The position numbers and the translations under genes are program-made. The notes beneath the pieces were generated by a model. The model saw nothing but the letters and a program-made list of their open reading frames with translations, did not search any database and was not told where the DNA came from. Shown here one piece after another: positions 1 through 15,452 of a stretch of 64,000 bases of DNA (position 1 is the stretch's first letter; the number at the start of each line of letters is the position of its first letter). Source of the stretch: the human T2T-CHM13v2.0 reference genome, Homo sapiens; assembly GCF_009914755.1 (NCBI RefSeq), contig NC_060932.1. One strand, given 5' to 3'.

Positions 1-249
1 TCCCTTTGAGTGTTTCTGGACCTCTCGTGACTTGCTTCCACAAGTGGGGCAAGATGCTGGGATGCTGCTTCAGAGGTTAGGTTACAGAAAGGTTTTGGCA
101 TCCATGTTGGGCTGCCCTATTTCACTTGCTGAGGGAAGCCAGCTACCATGTTTGTGTGGTTCCCTGTGGAGCTCACATGTCAAGGATCTGTTGTCTCTGG
201 CCAACAGCTGGCGACCTGACACCTGTCAGCAGCCAGGCGCACGAGCTTG

Positions 250-432
250 GAAGTAGATCTCCTCCTCCAGTCAGGCTTTCGGATACCTGCAACTTTGTGA
301 GAGACCTTGAACGCAAGGCCCCCTGGCTAAGTCACACCTAGATTCCTGACCTGTTATGAGATAATAAGTGTTTGTTGTTTTAAGCTGCTACCTTTGGGAC
401 AATTTTTAAGGCAGCAATAGAGAACTTATATA
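250..432 (+). mobile_element. MaLR LTR (MLT1-type), 3' end
   Basis: Typical MLT1 LTR terminus 'ataataagtgtttgttgttttaagctgcta...gcagcaatagagaacttata'; boundaries approximate. Confidence 0.6.
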
Positions 433-884
433 GGAAGTAACAATGTCAACATTTCCCCTCCTCGGTCTAAGATTTGAACTTGGTTCTAATGTGTTTTCTG
501 GTTGAACCCAACACAGTACCCAATATTACATAAACACAGGCCCTTTTCTTTAAAGATACATACAGAGAATGATAGACACATCCAGATTCAGTAGGTACTG
601 TAAAAGAAGTTGACCAGTATGAGCAGTAACTTCCTATGAAATAGACTTAGTGCAGGAAACAAGAGAAACTGTTGAAGTTTAAAGAGCAGCTAATTAGTTG
701 CTCTGGGAGACTGATGAGAATTTGAAAGAATCAGAGAGCAGGAAGGAGTTCTTAAGTGAAATTTGTGACTCTCTGGAGTCAAGTAGCAGCAGGGTTTTAG
801 AAATATTCCCTCAATACAATGGGAAAAAGAAGTTGAAAATTGTAACAAAAATATAAGGAACATAGCATTTGTTTTCGTTGATTT

Positions 885-1003
885 TCTCAGTTGCATTGTG
901 CACGTTTCAGGTGCTCAGTAGCTGTGTGTGACTAGTGGCTACTGTACTAGACAGTGCAGAATAGAACATTTCTATCGTAGGAAGTTTTGATGGACAGTGC
1001 TGT
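885..1003. mobile_element. MER3-like hAT-Charlie DNA transposon fragment
   Basis: 'gtgctcagtagc...gactagtggctactgtactagacagtgcaga...aacatttctatc...ggacagtgctg'; a similar copy lies at ~29950-30100. Confidence 0.6.
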
Positions 1004-1429
1004 GGTAGAGTGTCTTCCAGAGAACTCTGAGGAAAAAACTATGATAAACTAAGAATCCTAAATTGATGAAGTTATCCTTTACATAGGCAGTGCAACAAGA
1101 TGGCTTTTTATAGGTGTGCAGGAACTCAAAGTATATCACTCGACTACTTGGGAAAAAAAAAAAGACTTAACTACACCCAGCTGAGTAGTTAGCATCTCAG
1201 AAGCATGATAAGTCAACTTCAGCATTGTTTAACTCTGTATCCTGTTTCCCAGAACAACCCAAAACTTACATATAAAAGTAGGGGAAAATCTTCATCTTTG
1301 ACAGCTATTAAGAGGATGCCCTTCTTAAGCCAAACTTCAGACCGTCAGAACGGTGGTTTCAACTTAGTTCAATTCCAGAGCTTCCCCTCTCCTTTTGACG
1401 ATAAATAAAGCCACAGGAAGCAGCAGTTT

Positions 1430-2985
1430 TTAAAGACATTAATCCATTGAAACCACTTTTGCTGAAATCACTAAAAAGTCTCCAAGTCACCAAAACCAAG
1501 TTTCATTCTCAGCCCTCTCTTGATCTTTAAGTACCTTTGGATGCAATTCATCACTGCCTCCTTTTAAAAACACGGTCTTTGCCTAGCTTCCAGAAAACTT
1601 CTTCCTACTCACTAGTAGTTCCTGTGCAGTCTCCTTTTTTACCTGGTCTCCAGGCTTAATCCTTAGCCCAGACCTCTGGCTTTCTTTATCTATACTTATT
1701 CACTAGGAAATCACATTTAAGTGTCATGTGACTTTAAATGTTTTCTCTGAGCTGATGATACCCTAATTATATCTCCTTTTCCCTAATCTGCTGTCAGATC
1801 AATCTAGCTGACTATGTAGAAAACACACACACAGTTTCTTGCACAACACTTCTGATAACATATATTCATCTGTAAGTTTTTCTCTGTACATCAAGCAAGC
1901 AATCAGTTTTGCAGCAGACACCAGCTGGGTGTCCCCCCATTCAGTTCCAACACTGTCTACCTGGAAATAGCATCATATTCCCCAGGTTGAGGGGGCTCGG
2001 TCCCACAAGACTGCCCCCACTTTTTCCAATGCCAGTTGGAAGCCCCAGGTTGTTTACCTGTGCCTCTGACCAAGTGGCCATACATAGAGGTTACCAAGAC
2101 CTCCTTCTTGGGTTCGATTAATTTGCTAGAGTGGCTCACAGAACTCAGGGCAAACATTTACCACTTTATTATGAAGGGCATTTTAAAGGATACAAATGAA
2201 CAGCTACATGAAGAGATATGTAGGACAAGGTCTGGAAGGGTCCTGAATGCAGGAGCTTCTATCCCCGTGGAGTTGGAGTGCGCCACCTACGCAGCTCCTG
2301 GATGTGTTCTAGTTTACCTTCCTGGAAGCCCTCCAAACTCCGTGGAGGCTTCATTATGATTAAGTCATTGGCCGTTTGTGATCTGCTCAGTCTTCAGCCC
2401 CACTCCCTTCCACTTCTCTGTGGCTACCACCTGAGTTCTGACTCCTCTACTCTCTTAGGCTACTGCAGTAACATAGGAACCATTTCTTCCTTCCTCCAGT
2501 TTTCATTGTTTTCACACAACAGATTTAGAACCTCTCCAGTGTCTTATCACATGTTAGGACAAGTCCACTGCCCTTTTACCGTGGCCTACAAGGCCATTGC
2601 CACCATTTGTCTTACAGAGTCTACATTAATCTCACTGGCTTTCTTGTTTGCATCAAGTTTGCCAGCCTCTTTTCTCATTAGGCCTGGCATTCTGGAATGC
2701 TTTCCTTCAACAAGTTTGGATGGCTCATTCCTATGTCTTCATTTTGGTTTCTGCCTAAGTCACCACCTCAGAGAGGCTTTCTTTGACCACCCTACCTGAA
2801 ATAGTATTCCCCACTCCATGACTTTTTATTGTTTTAGGGCTTTATATTTTTAGAGCACTGAGCACTGCCTGATACATTTTATATTATTAATTTGTTTATA
2901 GTATGTGTTTATCACAAGAATGTAAGATCCATGAGAGCAGGGATTTTTGTTTGTCTTACTCTTGTACCTAGAAATAGTGTCTAAT
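1430..2985 (+). mobile_element. L2 LINE 3' fragment interrupted by a MER21-like LTR
   Basis: Pyrimidine-rich L2 body and L2a-type tail 'gaatgtaagatccatgagagcagggatttttgtttgtc...cctagaaatagtg'. Confidence 0.55.
1830..2400. mobile_element. MER21-like ERV LTR
   Basis: 'cagacaccagctgggtgtcc...actgtctacctgga...cccacaagactgcccc...ttgctagagtggctcacagaactcaggg' motifs recalled from MER21 LTRs. Confidence 0.6.
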
Positions 2986-2988
2986 ACA

Positions 2989-3709
2989 GCTTCCACGTGG
3001 TGTTGAGCCTGTGGGTGCACAGAAGTCAAGAACTGAGGTTTGGGAACCTCTGCCTAGTTTTCAGACGTGTGGAAATGCCTGGATGCCCAGACAGAAGTCT
3101 GCTGCAGGGGCAGGGCCCTCATGGAGAACCTCTGCTAGGACAGTGCGGAAGGGAAATGTGGGGTCGGAGCCCCCACACAGAGTCCCTACTGGGGCATTGC
3201 CTCGCCAAGCTGTGAGAAGAGGGCTACCATCCTCCAGACTACAGAATGGTAGATCCACCGACAGCTTGCACCATGCCCCGGGAAAAGCTGCAGACAATCC
3301 ACACCAGCCTGTGAAAGCAGCCAGCAGGGAGGCTGTACCCTGCAAAGCCACAGGAGCAGAGCTGCCCAAGACCATGGGAACCTACGTCTTGCATCAGCAT
3401 GACCTGGATGTGAGACCTGGAGCCAAAGGAGATCATTTCGGAGCTTTAAAATTTGACTGGCCTGCTGGATTTCGGACTTGCATGGACCCTATACCCTCTT
3501 TGTTTTGGCCAATTTATCCTATTTGGAATGGCTATATTTACTCAATATCTGTACCCCCACTGTATCTAGGGTGCCTTGTCTCAGATGCAACTTTGTACTG
3601 TGGACTTTTGAGTTAATGCTGAAATGAGTTAAGACGTTGGGGGACTGTTGGGAAGGCATGATTGGTTTTAAAATGTGAGGACATGAGATTTGGAGGGGTT
3701 GGGGCAGAA
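2989..3709 (+). mobile_element. THE1 internal sequence (MaLR), 3' part; source of the 201-aa ORF 3011-3616
   Basis: 'agcttccacgtggtgttgagcctgtgggtgcacagaagtcaagaactgaggtttgggaacctctgcc' is typical THE1/MST-int; purine tract 'ggaggggttggggcagaa' directly precedes the LTR. Confidence 0.85.
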
Positions 3710-4064
3710 TGATAAATGGTTTTGCTGTGTCCCCATTCAAATCTCAACTTGAATTGTATCTCCCAGAATTCCCACATGTTGTTGTGGGTGGACCCATGGG
3801 GGGGTAATTGAATCATGGGGGCTGGTCTTTGCTGTGCTATTCTCGTGATAGTAAGTCTCATGAGATTTGATGGGTTTGTCAGGTGTTTCCACTTTTGCTT
3901 CTTCCTCATTTTTCTCTTGCCGCCGCCATGTAAGAGGTAACTTTCACCTCCCGTCATGATTCTGAGGCCTTCCCAGCCATGTGGAACTGTAAGTTAAATT
4001 AAACCTCTTTTTCTTCCCAATCTTGGGTATGTCTTTATCAGCGGCGTGAAAACGGACTAATACA
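3710..4064 (+). mobile_element. THE1A-type LTR
   Basis: Starts TGATA..GG, ends 'aacggactaataca'; ~355 bp with THE1A-type internal motifs. Confidence 0.9.
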
Positions 4065-4384
4065 GTTGTATTCCCTGTTTAGATGCTGTTAAATAATATT
4101 TCATGTAAGATAAGTATCTGCCTATTAATGATATTAGGTGCATTCAGCTGCATAAGTACCTGAACATTATTCTTGGCTTTCATCTGTAGCTGTCCACACT
4201 TTATCAATTATCAAGCCTTGTTTTATGTACTTTGGAAATGTATCTTAAAGTTTGTTCACTTATGACCCCTCTTTGGCCTTGGTACTTTAATTTCTTCATT
4301 TGTTAAATGGGTATATTGATACAGCCAACTTAATAGTTTTGTTGTGATGATTAAATACCTAACATAGAGTATGTAAACTTTACT

Positions 4385-4710
<326 letters not shown>

Positions 4711-6150
4711 TAAATGTTGCTGTCTAATGATAACCATATTTTACTATTACTGGCTCAGGTCACTATCATTGCTAAACTGGGATTTCTGTGGAGTAACTCC
4801 AGGTTGGTCTCCAGTTTTCCCTTTGCTTAGGTTCCTCCCAGTTCTCAGTCTCCTTCACTTCAGTTTGAGCAATCTAAGGTGCATGTCTGACTGGATTGCT
4901 TTTACTTAAAATTCCCAAGTGGACTTCTTTTTGTCATTGGAATAAAGTCTGTAAAATGTTTTGTAACATACCTTAAAGACTCCGCCATTTTCTCTAAATA
5001 TTTTGCCTCTTTGTTTTCAGTTTGTGGGTGAACTAGAACAATTCTGGCAGGAAACAAACTGTATTGGGTGTGACTCTACCAAGAAAGATGGATAGTGAAG
5101 TGCTTTCTGATTCTTATAGCATAGCCATAGTAATCCTAATTTGTAAAGATTTTAGGGAGATATTAATAGCCAGATACCCATTCTAATTATAAAAATACCT
5201 TAATTAGGCATACATAGATGCAAGAGTTTCATACTGTACTACTTGTTTGTATAATCTCCTTGAGAAGCTATTTACATTATACTTAATAAGGCCACTGAAT
5301 GAGGTGGTTTGCTTTTGTGAAGTTAATTAGCCAGTTAAAAGTTGAGGAACATCTAATGAAGATGATAACTAACTTTAAGTCTAGAATGCTCAATTTAGAG
5401 CTCTTCTTTCTAACATATGTAACAGTTATATACCAGGGCTTATTGTCTGTTTAAAAAACCACACCTATAGACTAAATGTATTAGCAGCTGTTTATCTTTC
5501 TGTTCTTGGTTGCAGTAGGATATGATTCCATTCCATTTTATCCAAACGGGCTATCAGATTATCCAGGAACAAGTTACAAAGAAGGGAAACTGGTTCCAGG
5601 ACACATCTCTGGAAGTTACCTTGTGGACCCTGAGAATGTGTTACAGGTGTGCCAAGATCCTTCAGCCCTTGGAAGCGGGTGCCTGAGTGGGGTCTTAGCT
5701 GACTAGAGTGCCTGGGCAGACAAGAGCAGCTCCATCTTCTCTTTAGAGTATGTTACATAAGCATTAAATCGAGGGTGTGCCCTGACGTAAGGAAAGTAGA
5801 AGCTCACCAGCCTGCTGCACTCACATCAGCGAGAGGGAACATTTGCCCCTCCATGCCTACTGCCCTTCCCGCCCTTCAGCCTCAGGTTACAGGAATAAAT
5901 AAGTTAATTAATCCCAAGTGGGGAGAGCCTTTGAAGAGTATTAAAAGGAGAGGAAGGAATGGTTGGAACCTGTTCCCATCAGGAACAGATGAGTAGGTCA
6001 AGCTTTATTCACTTTTAAGGAGGAAGGGATTCCTAAAGGACAAACCAAACTTGCTTTTCAGGGCGTTACAATAAAACGTTCTTAAATCCTGAATATCACA
6101 CATTTCTGGGAGGAATGTCCTGCCCTTTGGGAAAAATAGCAAGAACTTCG

Positions 6151-6168
6151 AGCTCCCTCTAGAGGCCA
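6151..6168 (-). promoter_or_regulatory. CTCF-like motif
   Basis: Minus strand TGGCCTCTAGAGGGAGCT vs CTCF consensus TGGCCACYAGRGGGCRCT; motif match only. Confidence 0.45.
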
Positions 6169-8861
6169 GCAGTGATAAAAGAGCGTCGTAGTGGTCTGTA
6201 GGGAAATCATTTTACAATGATTAGCTAAGCTACCTTTCAGCAAGAAACTATCATTTTATAGATGTATTATCCAGTAAAATGTTCTCTTATATTGGGAAGA
6301 AATTGGTGCCTTTGAAAAGAAATTTGGGTTAATCATACTCTAATTAGCTATGAGGGGCCAATTGTAAAGTTCATTTACTGTGTAGAAATACAGCTGAGAA
6401 GATCATGAAAATGGGTCATGTGACCTAACAGAATAGTATATTCTAACCATTGGAACAAACCAGATCAAGATGAGAACCTGATTTCTGTGCTGTTTTGTGC
6501 CGGAATGTTTCGACAGTAGACCTTTGAATTGAACAGAGGTAAAGGTGATCTATAGTACCAGCTGTGTTCTCACCCACTCCTCCCCCTCATCTGAACAAAA
6601 CCAGTGAGTTCCAGAAGATTAATATTAGGAAATGCAAGATGCAGGCATATGTTAAAATTTCTGAGTAAGCTAACATATACAGTTTCTTAACTTTTTCAGA
6701 GCCTCAGTTTACTAAATGATCCATCTATTATTCCAGGATAGACATTTTAGTCATAACCATATATGTCAAGGAGTTAGTTATGGGTTTAACCCTTTGATGT
6801 ATTTAGTCCTTTTGTTCTCAATATATTTATACTTCTTTATAGAACTCACTGAGAGAGTTCAGTTCTAAAAACTTAGTATGAACTATAGAATGACAGAAGT
6901 GATTTTATGGTAATATTAATATGTAAAAGTTGCATTCCCACCAGGAATATGTGAAAGTAATTGCCCAATACCTGCACTAAGTATTGCCTCTTTTTAAAAA
7001 AATCTTAATCATTGGAATGGTGTGTAGTGGCATATCATTTTTCCACCTTGTGGAAATCCATCTATTATCAAAGTTTCCATGGTTTTATGCAAATAGCTAT
7101 CAAATACCTGTCACCTGGTTTCTCTTTCCGAGCTCTGGTAACTATTCCATAATTCCCTGATTGTTTTATTTATTTTATACAAACAGGATCAAATGTACTT
7201 TGTAACATTTTAAAAACTCGGTGATACATCGTAGACCATATTCTTAGAGATTTGTTATTTTTTTGTACTGGGTATGTGCAAGCACATATGGCCAGACAGC
7301 AGAGGAATATTTACTAAAATAATAGTGGTTTCCTCAGAAGTGGGGTTAAGAGTGATGATTATCCTTTTTCTACAAAGTAGTTTATTTGTGAGATTAAGGA
7401 ATGAAGTTAATTTTAATTAAAAACCTATGTTATGATAATCTCATTACTACAAGTGATCTTTAAAAATCATATTGTATATAAACACATCTGATACATAATT
7501 TGCAGTTTGCATGAATCTGCTAAATGACTGTTCCAGGGGTGAGATTTCAGGGTTTCTTACACTTTATTTTTTGTGAATTGGTTAGTTTATAGTGATAATT
7601 GTATCTTTTTTATGAACATAATGCCATCTTAAATATTTACATATTTAGATTCCTATAAAACTTTTTAAAGTACCTTTATTGCAGTACTGATTTTAAGGTT
7701 CCTAAGTGGTTGATTTAACCATTGGCTATTAATCTTTAGCTATTTTGTTGTGGTCAGACAGTATGGTCTTTATAATTTGATTTCTTGGAGTTTCTCTGTG
7801 ACTCTTAATTGCATACCTTTTTAGAAGAAATATATACTTTTAATTTGGTATAATTTTTCTGTGTATTTGTCATTTATATTTTTTAGGTGTCTATCCCTTC
7901 TCCCTCCCAGCTCCCATCACTGTTCCTGTCTTCTACTACCTTTTTTTCAACTCCTTATTCCTAATAACCCTGAAATTGTAAAGTTAAAATCTGCATTGGG
8001 CATTGGGCATAAAAATTTATGACTGTTACATTCTCACCATACCTTTTATCTACCTACCTGCATAGTACAAAACCCCCTTTTCCTATTGAATTCTTTTTAA
8101 AAAAATTCCACCAGACTTTGGGGACATCATCTGTATTTATTAGGCATGGGTCAAGTATGCTAGCTATTTGGCAGTTAGCAGGACAGTTTTGAACAAGAAA
8201 AATTGTTCGATGGTCTGCATAGCTTAGAATATACTGCCAAATGTTCGTGATGCTGGAAAAAAGCTTGGTTATTTTCTAAGCCTACAAACTGTTTTACTTA
8301 CCAAGGGTTTTTTCAGGGGATAGAGGCCACGACTTTTAGTACTAAAGTTTACTGTGTAAATCAAGGGAATGTTATACTTTGAAATGTTGGGATTTTTTTT
8401 ACAAAGAATTCTTCACAGTTTTGCAAAATCACATCACTACTGCAATGCTGCTAATGGATTTTGAGTTGTGGGTACCATATACCCGTGTAAGTCTACATTT
8501 AACACTGAACCCTTTGTGTTGAGTACTCTGCATACAGTGTCATCATACCTTGAGTATTTACATTTAGTCATCATGTTTTCAAATAGTCCCGCCCTGCCCC
8601 TTCCCAGGACTGCAGTGATACTTACGTTAGAGCACTTGATGTTATCCCACAGGTCAGGTCTTGGTTACTTTTTCTTCCTGTCTTTGCTTTATTTTGTTTT
8701 GATTATAGGGTAGTTCTTCAACTTCTTGATATTTTCCACTACAGTATTTAAATCTGTTAGTCTTATCCAATGTATCTTTCACTTCAAATAGTATGTTTTT
8801 TTATTTTTAGTCACATTTTTGTCTTTCGTCTTTTATTTCTCATCATGTTGATGATTTATTC

Positions 8862-9180
8862 TTTTTTCTTTTTTTTTTTTTTTTTTTTGAGACACAGTCT
8901 GGCTCTGTCGCCCAGGCTGGAGTGCAATGGCACCATCTTGGCTCACTGCAACTTCACCTCCCGGGTTCAAGCGATCCTCCCATGTTCAAGCAATCCTCCC
9001 ACCTCGGCCTCCTGAGTAGCCGGGACCGCAGGAGCACGCTACAGCACCTGGCTTAGTTTTTTTGTTTTTTTAGTAGAGACAGGGTTTCATACGTTGGCCA
9101 GACTGGTCTCAAACTCCTGACCTCAAGTGATCCACCCGCCTCAGTGCTGGGATTGCAGGCGTGAGCCACTGTGCCTGGGC
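8862..9180 (-). mobile_element. Alu with internal ~19-bp tandem duplication
   Basis: Poly-T plus Alu body; 'gttcaagcgatcctcccat-gttcaagcaatcctcccac' duplicated; lies in old L1-like sequence. Confidence 0.9.
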
Positions 9181-10634
9181 CATGATTTATTCTTGATCAT
9201 ATGGAGCATATTTACAAAAGCTGTTTTTGGTCCGTGTCTGCTAGGACCTTAATTCTTTCATTTTTGTCACTTCTGGCTCTGTTTACACTGGTTTTTCTTC
9301 TGATTATGGGTTGTATTTTCCTGCCTGTTTATATTCCTGGTAATTTCGGATTGGAAACCAGACAGTGTGAATTTACATTGTAGAGTGTTGGATTTTGTTC
9401 TAGCACATAGTTGAGACACTTGGGATAGATTTGATCCTTTCCAAGGATCAAATGTTTGTTGTTAAACTTTGTTAGGACAAGTTTAGTCTTTAGTGCTGAT
9501 TTAGCCTGATTACTAAGGTGTGACACTCTTGTGAGAACTCTACCTGCTGGTGGGGATTTCTCTTCTCTGGCTGGTGGGGACCCTAATTTTTCAGAGCCTC
9601 ATGTCACTTCATAGATGCCCAGATCAGTATTCAGCCAAAGATTCTAAGTGAGCCGCCTATAGATACCTTTTTTGGGGTACTCTGCCTTTACGTTGTAGCT
9701 GCTTTAACCTCTGGCCTCTGGATTCTTCATAACTCTCACCATGCTGTCTTGGTGCTTCCAGTCAGTAAGCAAGAGCTACTACAGGAATCACTTTCTTTTC
9801 CTTTCTAAGAGTATCCAACCCACATTCATTGTCCGTTGTCTGAAAAACAGTTGTTTCATATATTCTATTCAGTTTTCTAATCTTTCACAGCAGGACAATA
9901 AATTCAGGTTATCTTAACTCCTTTGTGGCCAGAAACAAGACCAGTTATCAGATTTTTAATTTTGATTTTTATCTTTTACTTTAACCTCTTGAAAGTAGTA
10001 GTGGTAAAAATCACACATTTTTATTGGGTACTTTTTCTGAATGCCTTTGTTTATGTAGTCTTAGTGTTCTTTGTTAGTCTTTGTCTTTTTTACTGAAATA
10101 TAACAAAAAGTAGAGGAGACTGATTACCTAGTAGAGCTTTACAGGAAGTCAAATGTTATTTGTAGAAAGATACGAGTTATTATAGCCAGCTTGACGAGAG
10201 CATTTTCTTCCAGGTATGAACATTTAATTTCGTATTAGAATACTACATTGGCAGCCCCATTTGTTTGTAGATACGTGCTCTTTACACAAATGCAGCCCTT
10301 TGTGGCAGTATTTGGAATACAGAATTTTAAGAAATAGTGGTTACTCAATAGAATTTTCACAAACTTCATGATTATCTTAAGATTTATGCTATTTTGTGTT
10401 GCATGAAACAGATATTTCTGGATTTTCAGTGTTGTTTATTTGCTACAGCAATGTTTAGAGTGTTTTATGAGTTTTAACCTTTTAAATTGTTACTATTTCA
10501 CTGTAAAGCCTAATTATATTGAGGGAAATAACAGAATAGGGTTTGTCAGCATCTTAAGGAATGGATCCTACATCAGCTGTTTCAAATGGCACTTTCAGGA
10601 ATCTATAAATCAGATGGTTAAAAATACTTAAACA

Positions 10635-11002
<368 letters not shown>

Positions 11003-11726
11003 TCAGTTGTTTCTTCCCCTCCTTTATTTTTATTTTTTTAAAACGGGCATTTACATATTAACTTGGTCCTTATGTCTTGTAATTCATGCTGTAGTTGTTT
11101 ATTTTGCCTTAGGATACTCCTTTGATTTTTCTTAAGCATTTACTGAATCCTTTATTGGTTAATGCTTCATCTGTAGGGATTACAGTGCTTTCTCTTAGCC
11201 ACATTAGGGGGTAGAATTTAGAATGTGTATCACCCAGTGCCTTGAATGTAGCAGATTCTGAATAAATATTTAAAAGTTGTAGGGACAGGCAGTAACTGTA
11301 ATGTGGTCATTAATAAGTAGTATAAAGTTGATGTTGCTTGGCTCTAAATATTTTACTAAACACAGACATTTTGACAATGAAAAAGAGGCAATAAACTGAA
11401 TACTTACACATTATCCCTTTTTTCATCATCCAGAGATTTATAGAATTCTGTGCTGCCACCTTATCCCTATAGTGCTAAATATGAGTCCTGAGTCTGACAG
11501 TTGATCACTGTGTGATTTTTCTTAGGCTGGTTAATCACTCTAATTTGTTTTTCTATACATTGAAAATGATATGCATATTACAGTGATGTTATAAAGATTA
11601 AGAGAGAATAAATGCCCACTTAGCACAATGTTTGGCACATTTTGGTTGTAACATCTGTATGTGCTTTGGCATTAGTTTGATATGACTTTGTGTTATTTTA
11701 ATGCCAGTATCCAGTTAATATAAAGC

Positions 11727-11869
11727 AGAGTTTGGCAAACATTTTCTGTAAAGGGCCAGATAGTAAATGTTTCCAGTCTGTGCCGTCTATTCAACTCATG
11801 GGCATGGCTAAGTTCCATTAAAGAATTATTTACAAAAACAGGTTGTGGGCCGTAGTTTTCCAACCTGTG
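11727..11869. mobile_element. MER58A-like hAT MITE
   Basis: 'ttggcaaacattttctgtaaagggccagatagtaaat...gggccgtagttttccaacc'. Confidence 0.7.
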
Positions 11870-13024
11870 ACTAGAGGTTACTTTTGTATTTCTTTGTCTT
11901 TTTTGTTTTTGTTGCTGTTTTCATTTGACAGCTTTGGTACAATGTATTTCTTAACTATTGAGTATTTCAAATACCTTCAGCTGTATTAAAAATTATATAG
12001 GTAATACAGTTATAACCCTCTTTGCACTTTGATTAATTTCTTTCAGATCACTTATTTGAGACATAGTCCTCAAGTGGAATTATGAAATCAAAGAGTGACT
12101 CCATAAAGTGCCTCACAACACAAGAGCTGAGGTATTTAGAGAATGCCAAGGCTACTAATAATTTAGTCTTTTAATGGATAGTAATTATTTGTTACACCCA
12201 TTTATATATACTATTTGTGAATTTCCCCTTGCTGATTTTTATACTGAGAGTTACATTTTTGAACCTTTGGCTGTATGTGTTCTATTGTGTTTCTTATAAT
12301 ACATAAGAAACAGAAGATAGGTGGCAATAAGGAAACGGCCTTATGAAGTAAAAACCGACCAATGACACTGTTGTCATTCCCACTACCAATTGCTCTTCCA
12401 CTCACAAAAGAAAGCAATTATTTCACCTTCTAAGAGTGAAACCTGCCTGGGTGCTGACAGTTTAGAAAGAGGGGGTGGAAAAAGTAAGAATTTCATTCTG
12501 TATAATAAATTACCAATCCCTTGGTTTGCATTAATAGTGTATAGATAAAATTTAAGAACATTACATTACTTTTTTTTTAACAAAAATACTCTTATGCCTT
12601 TTAAATACTACCTTTATATCGCACAATTTGGAAGTCAATGTGTATCTAAAATTGCTGGGTTGACTTAATGCATAGTAGGGCAGTGGACTAATGTTCTGAA
12701 AGGTCCTTCTTTATTAACTGTATTAGAATGTTCTTTTGTAAGATTAATACAGGCATTTTTCATTGTAAAATAACATTGTGATTGGTCATAGGACAGATTT
12801 TTCCTTTTAAAGAAGTTGTTTGTTCTTTGGCATTTTGGTGGTGGTGGTTTGTGAGAATATAACTCAACTGATATACTATACTAAAGTATGCACAAATTCG
12901 GTATGATAGCTCTGACAGTGATGTCAGTTTTTGCTTTTAAAAAACATGATACACAGTGCATTGTTTAAAGGTGCAGAATTCTCAAATTCCAGCATTCTTG
13001 GGTTTGCAATAAAAGTCAGTATCC

Positions 13025-13331
<307 letters not shown>

Positions 13332-14695
13332 AAAAGTCAGTATCCACTCTGTAATGTTTTAGACCTGTGCTGTCCAGTCTGGTAGCCGCTAGCTACATAT
13401 GGGTATCAGAACATGAGAAGAATATTTTCTAAGAGTAGATTATTTTCTAAAAACCTGGATACCAGTATTTAGCCAGCCCTGTTTGGGTGTAGCATGAAAT
13501 GGTATCCCTGTTTGCAGGACTGTGCTTCCTCACTTTTTGCATGTCATGGCATTCCTAAAAAGCAGCGATGTTTGTATGGCACACTGGGATACACAGCCGA
13601 GGATGCTTACAACTAGGGCTTACCGATCTGAGTGCTCTGCAGCACCAGGCAAGACCATACCCCATTCTTGGCATGCCGGTATGCAGTGGCACATACGGTA
13701 CAAAGCTGCTTCAGCGTGCTCCCTATAACTCATTCCTGGATGTTTTTCTTGGTCTATGAGCGGAATTTGAATTCATTCTCCCTTCTTATTTCATCATTTT
13801 TATATGTCATATTCCCAGTGAGACTGTGAGACATTGGCATTTCACAACTTAGAAGAGCTTTCAAAGCATCATCCATAAACTTAGAGATTTAGTGAGTAAC
13901 TGTATATGATCTTTCTCTTCTCTTTTGTTTAAGGGAGAAAGGAGGAAGGAACACCATGACGTAGTGATATATTTAAATTCTGTTTTAGAAACCAGGAAAA
14001 TAGTTTTCCTACCAGAAATATGATTACATTAAATATATGCGGTATAAAGATCACAGCAAGGAGACCATGAATCTGTCCATCTACCCCTCCCCGAAATAAA
14101 ATTACTCTACACTATTCAGATAAAAAGTGACTTGGTTGGCTGTTTCTGAAACTTTCTGTTTATTGGCTTTTGGCAAGATAAATAGTAACAAACACCAGTG
14201 TCTTAAAATCTAAAAATTGGTAATCCATGTACCTACTGTTTATTTCCCTCAAGGATTTTACAGTGAGTTGACTTTTGTGGTGTAAATCTTTGGTTCTTGT
14301 CCTTTCCTGATATCCAGCCACTTGCTGTTTGGGCCAGTTGTTTCTAGGATTCCTCACCCTACACAAGGGTCCCTCTTAAAATTCTTTACCTTTGCTACAA
14401 AACTAGTTCACTGCTAAACACATAACCACATCACTGTACGCTAAAAATGTCATCATAAAATAATTGTTCCTGCCATAAGAAGTGATACGTTATTGGAGCA
14501 AATGTCTTGTTTCTGTTGCATCTTGCAATCAAGTCTTTTTCTTCTCCCCACACACCCTTCACCTTCCTCTTCCATTCACATGTTCAGTGATTACATTATA
14601 ACTGGTTGTGAGAGTCCCCTGTCTTCAGTTTGGAATATTGTACCTACAATCATTACTTGATTCTTGTTCTGTCTTCTCATAATAAAATAGGTAAG

Positions 14696-15081
<386 letters not shown>

Positions 15082-15157
15082 TTAATCATCTCTAGGTTTT
15101 ACGTGTTCAGTTCACTTAAGGAATATTAAGGTTTCTTCCTTATTAGAAATTGAGCCC

Positions 15158-15452
15158 GGCTGGGTATGGTAGCGCTTGCAAACTTCCAGCAGTTTGGAAG
15201 GCTGAGGTGGGAGGATCACTGAAGACCACAAGCTCGAGACTACCTTGAGCAACATAGTGAGACCCTGTCTCTACAAAAAAATTTTTTAAAAATTAGCCAG
15301 GTATGGTGGTGCATGCCTGTAGTACCAGCTATTCAAGAGACTGAGGTGGGAGGATTGCTTGAGCCCAGAAGTTCGACATGATTGCACCACTGCACTCCAG
15401 CCTGGTCAAAAGGCCTTTTTTTTTTTTTAAAGACTCTTTTAAGAAAAAAAAA
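15158..15452 (+). mobile_element. AluJ (diverged, right arm partly deleted)
   Basis: Alu left arm, A-rich linker, shortened right arm. Confidence 0.8.

Noticed and set aside
2278-2799. 173-aa ORF
   Set aside because: Spans the MER21/L2 junction; no recognisable domain.
3011-3616. 201-aa ORF
   Set aside because: Lies wholly within THE1 internal sequence and has a non-ATG start; a MaLR remnant, not a host gene.
5490-5655. Possible cassette exon (ttgcag|tag...ttacag|gtgtgc)
   Set aside because: Weak donor and no other support.
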